NCBI GenBank assembly: GCA_016926915.1
Contig: JAFGNR010000228.1
Coordinates: 1 to 40,347, forward strand
Reading direction: 5' to 3'
Source of the DNA: Anaerolineae bacterium
Lineage (GTDB): Bacteria > Chloroflexota > Anaerolineae > B4-G1 > SLSP01
Length of the DNA stretch: 40,347 bases
Of the stretch, positions 33,665-40,347 are shown piece by piece. Position numbers and translations under genes: made by a program. The notes beneath the pieces were generated by a model. That model was not told the origin of the DNA, ran no database searches, and worked only from the letters and a program-made list of their open reading frames with translations. Within the stretch, counting starts at the first letter, position 1, and every line of letters begins with the position of its first letter.

Positions 33665-33716
33665 CGCACGGTTCACATCCGTGAGGTCCAGAGTTCGAGT
33701 CTCTGCTCGCCCACTA
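33665..33716 (+). pseudogene. attR: 3' half of tRNA-Val(CAC)
   Basis: Anticodon arm CACGG-TTCACAT-CCGTG, T arm CAGAG-TTCGAGT-CTCTG, acceptor 3' strand CTCGCCC-A; no matching 5' acceptor strand or D arm. Confidence 0.88.
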
Positions 33717-33738
33717 GGCCCCATCACTGGGGCTTTTT
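33716..33738 (+). terminator. Intrinsic terminator downstream of the tRNA fragment
   Basis: AGGCCCCA-TCAC-TGGGGCTT followed by TTT. Confidence 0.7.
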
Positions 33739-33789
33739 GTTTGCCAACTTGTCAACCACAAACCGGGCTATGTTCACGGAGTAGGGAAC

Positions 33790-34467
33790 ATGGCACGAAG
33801 ACGGCACAAACTATCACGCGACCTCGATCAACTGAGCAAGAAGTTGCAAGCGTGGACCAGACGAGAGGCGGCTTATCGCGATAGCTATCGCCGGGCTCTT
33901 GTCGTGGGTAGAACGCAGCAGTGGATGAGGCTTTCACCGACAGAGTTCGAACTCTACATCGGCGCGCTGTTTCAGAAGTTTGGTTGCGATGTGCTCCATA
34001 CCGGAAAAACCGCCGATGGCGGTGTTGATCTCATTGTAGAGAAGAACGGGCGCCGGGGACTGGTGCAGTGTAAGCGTTATACCAATCCAGTTGGCGCCTC
34101 AGCCATCCGAGACTTTCGGGGGGCAATGGTGCGTGAAAGGGTTGACCTGGGCTTTTTCGTAACCACCAGTCGCTTCACTGCCAATGCACGTCGTGAAGCT
34201 GAAGATTTCTCCCCTACGATCGTTTTGTACGATGCTGCCAAGTTGGCGCAGTTGTCAGATGAGCTGGAAGGAGACGCAATCGGGAATGCCACCTACCCAA
34301 AACCCATCAAGCGCAAACAGACGCCGGGGTACGCATTGGCGGACATCTTCAGCGGTTTCATGGGGAAGGCGTTGGCGATTGGGATTCTGCTTCTAGGCGC
34401 CATCACGTGCTGTTTGGGACTACCTTTCATTTTGGCTCTTGTCGGAAATCTGGGGAACGCCCGCTAG
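33790..34467 (+). CDS. Mrr-like restriction endonuclease domain protein with C-terminal membrane segment
   Basis: EFE...LF...G, DGGVD, VQCKRY, VTTSRFT; hydrophobic C-terminus. Confidence 0.85.
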   Translation: MARRRHKLSRDLDQLSKKLQAWTRREAAYRDSYRRALVVGRTQQWMRLSPTEFELYIGALFQKFGCDVLHTGKTADGGVDLIVEKNGRRGLVQCKRYTNPVGASAIRDFRGAMVRERVDLGFFVTTSRFTANARREAEDFSPTIVLYDAAKLAQLSDELEGDAIGNATYPKPIKRKQTPGYALADIFSGFMGKALAIGILLLGAITCCLGLPFILALVGNLGNAR

Positions 34468-34488
34468 TCCACACGGGTTGAGAGGGTA

Positions 34489-34514
34489 AAGGCACAGGCA
34501 ACAGCCTGTGCCTT
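34489..34514. terminator. Palindromic hairpin between convergent genes (REP-like or bidirectional terminator)
   Basis: AAGGCACAGGC-AACA-GCCTGTGCCTT. Confidence 0.55.
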
Positions 34515-34542
34515 GATGACTTCGGGAAGGAACTGGCTAGGC

Positions 34543-35520
34543 TCAGTTGGCTTCCAGCCACGCCATGGTGGTGTTCAGCATCGTCTTGGCGAACTTGTAC
34601 ACGAAATCGGTGTCGTAGTCGCGATAGAAGCATTCCGTGACCATCACCAGGGCGAGGTGCAGTGTGTAGAGCTGCGATCTCTGTTCCTCTTCGAAGGTGA
34701 AGGTGGTTTTGCCATAACCGCGCATGCTGTGGGTGACGCCCTCGCCAAAGAACGGCCTGAATTGCGCTTCCATCAATGGGTCGGCCCACAGGGCTCTTTC
34801 GAAATCGAGGAGACCTGTGATCTTGCCGTCTTTGACAAAGAAGTTGGGATCCCATGCATCCCAATGCACGAGACGAGGCGTGGTCGCCGCCTCTAGCGCG
34901 GGCGCATGCTTCAGGATGGCGGCGCGGAATTCTTCATCGCTGAAGCCATAGTCAACGTCTTTCCTGCGACCATCTTCCAGCACAGAATCCATGATCTTCA
35001 TGAACGCCGCTCTCCAGGTTTCGCTGCGCAGATCGCTATTGCCCGGATAGCCGAAATAGTCGCCGGTAAACCCGTTGATCTCCCGAATGATTTCGCCAAT
35101 CCGGAATTCGATTTCCGCCTGCATCTCCGGGGGCAGGGAGGCTTTGACGTGGTCGAGATTGTCCCCGGCCAGTTTCTCCATAAAGAAATAGCCGGCGTCG
35201 CACAGATCCCGGGTCGGGTCGTAGAAGTAGATTTCGGGAACCGGAATGGCCGGGTTTGTGCGGGCCAGGCGCATGGCGGTAACTTCGGTTTCCATGAGGT
35301 TCTTTTCGTAGGTCATCACCTCGGCGTCTTGCGGCGGCGCGATCTTGAGGATGACCTCCCGGCCACCGGCCAGCCGGACGGTATAGGCAGCGTTGAACCA
35401 CCCCTCTTTGAGCTCACGGATAGCCTCTTCACCAGCGGCAAGCCCTATGCCATTGAAAGCGCGGGCTGCCAGCTGCTCAATCTGCTCTCGTGTCTTTCTG
35501 TTTTTGGTTTTGCTTTCCAT
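34543..35520 (-). CDS. Aminoglycoside phosphotransferase-family kinase
   Basis: EGWFN, ILKIAP, PVPEI, LVHWDAWDPN and LLDFER motifs. Confidence 0.88.
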   Translation of the reverse strand: MESKTKNRKTREQIEQLAARAFNGIGLAAGEEAIRELKEGWFNAAYTVRLAGGREVILKIAPPQDAEVMTYEKNLMETEVTAMRLARTNPAIPVPEIYFYDPTRDLCDAGYFFMEKLAGDNLDHVKASLPPEMQAEIEFRIGEIIREINGFTGDYFGYPGNSDLRSETWRAAFMKIMDSVLEDGRRKDVDYGFSDEEFRAAILKHAPALEAATTPRLVHWDAWDPNFFVKDGKITGLLDFERALWADPLMEAQFRPFFGEGVTHSMRGYGKTTFTFEEEQRSQLYTLHLALVMVTECFYRDYDTDFVYKFAKTMLNTTMAWLEAN

Positions 35521-35540
35521 GTTCCACTCCACGAAGGGAA

Positions 35541-35582
35541 AGGTGGGACGCCCCTGATTAGGCGTGAATGGGCGTCCCACCT
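35541..35582. repeat. Intergenic 13-bp inverted repeat (REP-like)
   Basis: AGGTGGGACGCCC-N16-GGGCGTCCCACCT. Confidence 0.6.
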
Positions 35583-35601
35583 GCACGATCAAGGCGCATG
35601 C

Positions 35602-37839
35602 TTAGCCCACAACCTCGAACTCCGCGTGGAGCGTGGCCAGCGCGTCGGCGCCCACCCAGACATCGAAGGCTGCCGCCTCTTGAATCCACCCGTTGGCCTG
35701 GGTGCTCCAATACTTCAGTTCGTCCGGGCCAAGGTGGAAGACGACGGTCTTGGTCTCGCCGGGTTGGAGCGTGACGCGCTCGAAGCCCTTCAGCTCGCGC
35801 ATGGGGCGCGAATCGCTTCCCCACCGCTGGTGGATGTACAGCTGGACCACCTCATCTCCGGCGACTTGCCCGGTGTTGGTCACGCTGGCGGTCACGGTCA
35901 CCGTATCGCCCACCTGCACCTGCTGCGCCGAGAGGTTCAGATCGGCGATCGCGAAGGTGGTGTAGCTCAGGCCAAAGCCAAAGGGATATAGTGGGGTCGT
36001 TGGGCTATCCCAGTAGCGCGAGCGATACATGGGGCTGGTCTCGGGCGCGTGGGTCAGCGTCCGCGCGTAGTAGAGCGGCGCGTGGCTGCCGCTGCGCGGG
36101 AAGCACACCGGCAGTTTGCCGCCCGGATTTACATCGCCAAAGAGGATGTCTGCCACGGCATGCCCGCCTTCCGTTCCCGGCTCCCACGCCTCGAGGATGG
36201 CGGGCACGTGCGCCGCCGCCCAATTGATGCTCAGCGGGCGCCCGTTCAGCAGTACCAGCGCCACGGGCTTGCCCAGGGCGCTCACGGCCTTTAGCAGCGC
36301 TTCTTGCTGCCCCGGCAGATCCAGCGAACCGCGTGACGCAAATTCTCCGGCCATGTTGGCGTTTTCGCCGAGCACCATGATCACCAAGTCGGCGCCTCGC
36401 GCCGTTTCCACCGCGGTCCGGAAAGCTTCCTCGGCGGCTTCTGGCGTCTGGACCGGCTTCTTCGTCCCGGCGTGCATCTCATCGAAGGGGGAAGGAATAT
36501 CCCGGCGGATCTCCGGTCCCGGCGCGTAGGCGATCTTTGCTCCCGGCAGTTTGGCGCGGATGCCCTGCAGGACGGTCACCGCGGCCGGCTCGTGGCCGAA
36601 GACCATCCACGACCCCTCGGTGGCTTCCATCGAATCGGCCAGCGGGCCGATCACGGCCACGTTCTCCAAATCCTTCGAGAGCGGCAGGATCCCGCCTTCG
36701 TTGCGCAGCAGCACCATCGAGCGCTGAGCCGCGCGCCGCGCAGCTTCCCGGTGTTCCGGCAGGGCGACCACCTTTTCCAGCCGCGTTTCATCCGTGTAGG
36801 GATGCTCGAATAACCCCATGCGCACCTTGAGGGTCAGGATGGGGCGCACCATCTCGTCGAGCTGGTCCATCGAGAGCGTTCCGTCTTGCACTAAATCGAC
36901 CAGGTTCTCCAGGTAGGCGCCTGAGGCCATGTCCATGTTCAGACCGGCCTCCAGGGCGCGCCGGGCGGCGTCGCGCTTGTCGCGGGCGTAGCCCTGGATG
37001 ACCAGATTCCCGACTGCAAGCGCATCGCTGACCACGAACCCTTCGAAGCCCCATTCCTCTCGCAACACATCCCGCAGCAGCCAGCGGTTGCCGGTGGCCG
37101 GGACGTTGTTCAGATCCATGTAGGCGCTCATGAAGGTGCTCACGCCGGCTTCCACGGCGGCCTGGAAGGGGGGGAAGTAGACGTTGCGCAGGTGGGCTTC
37201 GGGCAGGTAGACCGGGTCGTAATCGCGCCCGCCGTCTGCCGCCCCGTACCCGGCGAAGTGCTTGGCGCAGGCCGCCACCCGCTCCGGGTCCGCCAGGTCC
37301 GTTCCCTGGAACCCGCGCACCTGTGCGGCTGCCATTGCCGCCCCCAGATAGGGGTCTTCGCCGGCGCCTTCTACAACGCGTCCCCAGCGGGCATCCCGCG
37401 CAATATCCACCATCGGGCCAAAGGTCCAGTGTATCCCGGCGGCGCGAGCTTCTTTGGCGGCCACAGCCTGGGCCTCTTCCGCCACCGCCGGATCCCACGA
37501 GGCCGCCATCGCCAGCGGCGCCGGGAAGATCGTCCGGTAGCCGTGGATCACATCCAGCGCGAAGAGCAGTGGAATCCCCAAGGGGCTTTCTTCCACGGCG
37601 ATCTTCTGCAGTTCGTTGAACCGCCGGGTGTCATTCAGCCACAGCACCGATCCCGCCCCGCCTTTGCGGATGAGTTCTTCGGCCTTGGGTCCCGGCATAA
37701 AGTCCGCCCCGCTGATCTGCGCCAGCTGCCCCACCTTTTCTGCGAGGCTCATGCGCGCCAAGAGCGCCGCGACGCGCCCGGCGACGCCGGTTTCCGGTGG
37801 AACGGCTGCGCCTATCCCTGTCTTGTCCATCGTGTTCAT
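35602..37839 (-). CDS. bglX: GH3 beta-glucosidase (BglX-like, no signal peptide)
   Basis: DVIHG, RDARWGR..EGAGEDP, KHFAGYG, VVSD nucleophile, PFGFGLSYT and fibronectin-like C-terminus. Confidence 0.93.
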   Translation of the reverse strand: MNTMDKTGIGAAVPPETGVAGRVAALLARMSLAEKVGQLAQISGADFMPGPKAEELIRKGGAGSVLWLNDTRRFNELQKIAVEESPLGIPLLFALDVIHGYRTIFPAPLAMAASWDPAVAEEAQAVAAKEARAAGIHWTFGPMVDIARDARWGRVVEGAGEDPYLGAAMAAAQVRGFQGTDLADPERVAACAKHFAGYGAADGGRDYDPVYLPEAHLRNVYFPPFQAAVEAGVSTFMSAYMDLNNVPATGNRWLLRDVLREEWGFEGFVVSDALAVGNLVIQGYARDKRDAARRALEAGLNMDMASGAYLENLVDLVQDGTLSMDQLDEMVRPILTLKVRMGLFEHPYTDETRLEKVVALPEHREAARRAAQRSMVLLRNEGGILPLSKDLENVAVIGPLADSMEATEGSWMVFGHEPAAVTVLQGIRAKLPGAKIAYAPGPEIRRDIPSPFDEMHAGTKKPVQTPEAAEEAFRTAVETARGADLVIMVLGENANMAGEFASRGSLDLPGQQEALLKAVSALGKPVALVLLNGRPLSINWAAAHVPAILEAWEPGTEGGHAVADILFGDVNPGGKLPVCFPRSGSHAPLYYARTLTHAPETSPMYRSRYWDSPTTPLYPFGFGLSYTTFAIADLNLSAQQVQVGDTVTVTASVTNTGQVAGDEVVQLYIHQRWGSDSRPMRELKGFERVTLQPGETKTVVFHLGPDELKYWSTQANGWIQEAAAFDVWVGADALATLHAEFEVVG

Positions 37840-38008
37840 GAGAGCTCCTTTCTCGAATTGAGTATGACCCCTGATTCACTACAAAGCCACAGAGGAAATA
37901 TAAAGAAAACGCTTTGGGAAGCTTGCCCCATCTCTGTGTATCTCCCTATCACTTCTTCACGTTCCCCGCGTACAGTCTCTGCGCGCCCTGCGGCGCACGC
38001 CTCCTTGT

Positions 38009-38022
38009 TGCAATCGATTGCA
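38009..38022. promoter_or_regulatory. LacI-family operator upstream of bglX
   Basis: Perfect palindrome TGCAATCGATTGCA with central CG. Confidence 0.8.
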
Positions 38023-38054
38023 TTCCAACCTACAAAAAAACGGCAGGCCCGGGT

Positions 38055-39068
38055 TCAGGTTGATTTTCGAATCACCAGCGTCACCGGAAATGTGACATTG
38101 GTGACCACGCCGGTTTGAATATACTGGATCAGATTTTGGGCCAGCAGTCTGCCGGCCAGAGAAAGGTCCTGTCGTATTGTGGTGAGGGGCAGATTGTTGT
38201 AGATGGCGATGGGTAAATCGTCATAGCCGACGGCGGCCACGTCCTCCGGCACACGCTTGCCGTGCTGTTGGAGGACGGTGAGCGCGCCGACTGCCATCAG
38301 ATCGCTATTGACGAAGACCGCATCCAGATCTGGCGCTTGCGCCAACAGACGCTCCATGGCGTCAACTCCCGAAGCGTAAGAATAATCGCCGTAGGCCAGC
38401 AGCCGGGGGGCCACGCTGCGTCCGGCAGCCTGTAAAGCCTGCTCATAGCCCTTGAAACGGTGCTGCACCGTCAAACAGGCGTCTGGCCCTCCCAGGAAGG
38501 CAATGCGTTGCCGCCCTCGCTGGATCAAGTGTTGGGTCGCCAGTCTGCCTCCCGCGATGTTGTCCCCGGTTACCGAACAGTAGGTGAGGTCCGGCGCCGG
38601 GACGCCCCAGGCGATGAAGGGCGCGCCTATCTCGACCAGGGCTTCGAGGTGCGATTGCGTGTGGGGTGTGGTCAGCAGGATGAAGCCGTCTACGCGCCCG
38701 CTATCCAGATAGGCGTGCGCCCATGCTGCGTCGTTGGGATTGGCGTGCACCACGAGAAGATCGTAGCCCAGGGCATGCAGCCCCCGCCCGATGCCGCTCA
38801 ACATCTCCAGCCCGAACAGGTCTTCCTCGGAGGAAAACTGCGGGGAATAGACCGGGGCGACAAAGGCCACGGTATGGCTCTGGCCCAGGCGGAGATTGCG
38901 GGCCGGAACGTTGATGCGGAAATGGTGTTCCCGGGCGATGGCCTGAATGCGCGCTTTGGTCTCCTGGCTGATGAGCGCGCTGTCATTCAAGGCGCGCGAG
39001 ACCGTCGATGTGGAGACGTTGGCCAACCGGGCGATATCCTCAAGGGTCTGAACGATCTTCTTGTTCAT
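38055..39068 (-). CDS. LacI-family transcriptional regulator
   Basis: TLEDIARLANVSTSTVSRALN HTH; VPEDVAAVGYDD; LTTIRQ. Confidence 0.95.
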   Translation of the reverse strand: MNKKIVQTLEDIARLANVSTSTVSRALNDSALISQETKARIQAIAREHHFRINVPARNLRLGQSHTVAFVAPVYSPQFSSEEDLFGLEMLSGIGRGLHALGYDLLVVHANPNDAAWAHAYLDSGRVDGFILLTTPHTQSHLEALVEIGAPFIAWGVPAPDLTYCSVTGDNIAGGRLATQHLIQRGRQRIAFLGGPDACLTVQHRFKGYEQALQAAGRSVAPRLLAYGDYSYASGVDAMERLLAQAPDLDAVFVNSDLMAVGALTVLQQHGKRVPEDVAAVGYDDLPIAIYNNLPLTTIRQDLSLAGRLLAQNLIQYIQTGVVTNVTFPVTLVIRKST

Positions 39069-39085
39069 TCGGCTTCCTGCAGCAT

Positions 39086-39126
39086 TGCAATCGATTGCAT
39101 TGTAACATGGAAGCGAGCTCTGTCAA
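39086..39126 (-). promoter_or_regulatory. lacI promoter with an overlapping autoregulatory operator
   Basis: TTGACA(39121-26)-16-TACAAT(39099-104) with extended TG; TGCAATCGATTGCA at 39086-39099. Confidence 0.8.
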
Positions 39127-39340
39127 GAGACCCGTGCAGGAGAACCGCCAAGACGCCAAGTGCGTCAAGGATATGCACTCTTGTTGTTTTGACGGGATCG
39201 CCAGATCCCCGTCTTTGACGTCGTGCAGACTTTCCGGGCTGTGAAACGCATGCGTGGCGGTTTTCCCCAAACCGTCACGCACGCCAGCCCAGGTTGCTTT
39301 TCATCTGGCTGTTGAGCGGTCCGCACCGCCGGCGCCTGCT

Positions 39341-39610
39341 TCACATCCGGGCAGGCCGTCCCAGACGGTAGAGGCCCCGCCCCATTAGCCCGGACCAGGT
39401 CGCGCCGCCAAAGGCGCCCAGGAGCGAAAAATCGCGCCGGCGCCGGGAATCCAGAAGCAATATCCGAACACCGCGAGGCTAAGTCCCACGTAGGCGGTCG
39501 CCTTGCTGAAATCCTGGCTTCGTACCATGAATGACTCTCAGCCGGCAGCCATCAGCTGCCAGCGGTTAGCCCTGCGCATGGCGGCGCTGTCGATCCCTGA
39601 GATCAGGCTT
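39341..39610 (-). pseudogene. Degenerate remnant of a membrane protein gene (DUF4386-like C-terminus)
   Basis: Fragments QLMAAG*, MVRSQDFSKATAYVGL...IF, then a frameshift to SLLGAFGGATWSGLMGRGLYRLG. Confidence 0.4.
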
Positions 39611-39613
39611 TTG

Positions 39614-40309
39614 TTAGCGAGGTTCCTTGACTCCCTTGATAAGCAGCCATAGGGGGAAGGCCAATTCAACCATCGAGAGGAAGCCGATTGTGGTGAATAG
39701 TGCTGCGTATTGGGGGAAGAGCAGGTTCCCAAAGCTCTGGATCAGGTAGCAGAACGCCGCCACGATCAACAGGAGGCCCGGGATTTTGGAGATATAGCCC
39801 GATTTGTAGACCAGGTAGCCCAGGAAGGCGAGGTGCAGGCCGAAGAATAAGCCCCAAATCAGCGCGACCGAGTCATGAAGGTTCAAGAACAGGAGCGCGA
39901 GCGCGTGCAGCTGGCCGGTTTCGAATACGGTCAGGTAATCGGCGCCGCTCAGAAGCTGTAGCGGGATGAAACGGTTGAGCAGATTGACGCTCTGCACGAC
40001 GGTCATCGCCAGCCTGGAAAACGCCGCCGCCAGGGAAAGGGTTTTGTCGACCGGCTTGAGCAGGGCGTAGAGTGCGGCGATCAGCGCAATTTCGATTAAG
40101 AAGACCAGGGCGTCGCTCGCCATGCTGAGGCGAAACAGCGTGTCTGACGCCGCGATGTTGGCGGCGGTTGCGGCGGCATCTCCCGGCACGATCAGGGTGG
40201 AGGGAACGTAGATCATGCTAAAGGGGGCCAAGACCGTCATCGCCAGGGTGAGAAGCGCGACAATTTTGGCCGTTGTGTTGAGAGAACGCGGGTTTGCTCC
40301 GGTCGTCAT
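39614..40309 (-). CDS. DUF4386-family multi-pass membrane protein
   Basis: AAGGAG RBS; VPGDAAATAANI, LYALLKPV, FFGLHL..LGYLVYKSGY and ELAF.LWLLIKG. Confidence 0.85.
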   Translation of the reverse strand: MTTGANPRSLNTTAKIVALLTLAMTVLAPFSMIYVPSTLIVPGDAAATAANIAASDTLFRLSMASDALVFLIEIALIAALYALLKPVDKTLSLAAAFSRLAMTVVQSVNLLNRFIPLQLLSGADYLTVFETGQLHALALLFLNLHDSVALIWGLFFGLHLAFLGYLVYKSGYISKIPGLLLIVAAFCYLIQSFGNLLFPQYAALFTTIGFLSMVELAFPLWLLIKGVKEPR

Positions 40310-40347
40310 TCTTTTTCTCCTTGATTTGATCACGCGAAGGTTCAGGC

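Larger units (their letters stand above)
1..33713. mobile_element. Prophage (temperate siphovirus), right part; left end lies outside the window
   Basis: Contiguous head-tail gene order, tape measure, no tail sheath recognised, convergent early operon, tyrosine integrase next to a tRNA 3' fragment, then an abrupt switch to host metabolic genes. Confidence 0.93.

Noticed and set aside
33640-33716. Intact tRNA-Val gene
   Set aside because: No 5' acceptor strand complementary to CTCGCCC and no D arm; fits an att duplication
34543-35520. Antibiotic resistance gene
   Set aside because: Only the general APH/choline-kinase fold motifs are visible, and the context is sugar metabolism
34906-39218. 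Long + strand ORFs (361, 308 and 252 aa)
   Set aside because: Antisense shadows of GC-rich genes with clear family motifs on the - strand

Overview
About 33.7 kb of this window is the right-hand part of an apparently intact temperate siphophage prophage. The host is probably Chloroflexota/Anaerolineae, inferred from protein motifs only. On the + strand (1-23.8 kb) is a late operon: MuF-type head protein, Mu gpI-like protease/scaffold, capsid, head-tail connectors, tail tube, a -1 frameshifted tail chaperone, a 1995-aa tape measure, tail tip and fibre proteins, and a glycoside-hydrolase-like putative lysin. A convergent - strand early operon (32.3-23.9 kb) carries a DdrB-like ssDNA-annealing protein, a Gam/Gp157-like protein and a complete PRTRC-type ubiquitin-like cassette (ParB, Ubl, E2, JAB, E1). 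A tyrosine integrase and the 3' half of tRNA-Val(CAC) mark attR. Host-like genes follow: Mrr-like nuclease, APH-family kinase, GH3 beta-glucosidase, LacI regulator with two operators, and DUF4386. The most striking signal is three intergenic copies of the palindrome ATTTCCCGGGAAAT, the Bacillus Noc-binding-site consensus. They co-occur with a phage ParB whose helix-turn-helix has Noc-like specificity residues and which heads the ubiquitin-like operon. Also notable are a candidate antisense-RNA/attenuator switch in front of the early operon and a hidden antisense membrane-peptide moron at the tape-measure start. All protein calls come from motif recognition by eye; no searches were run.
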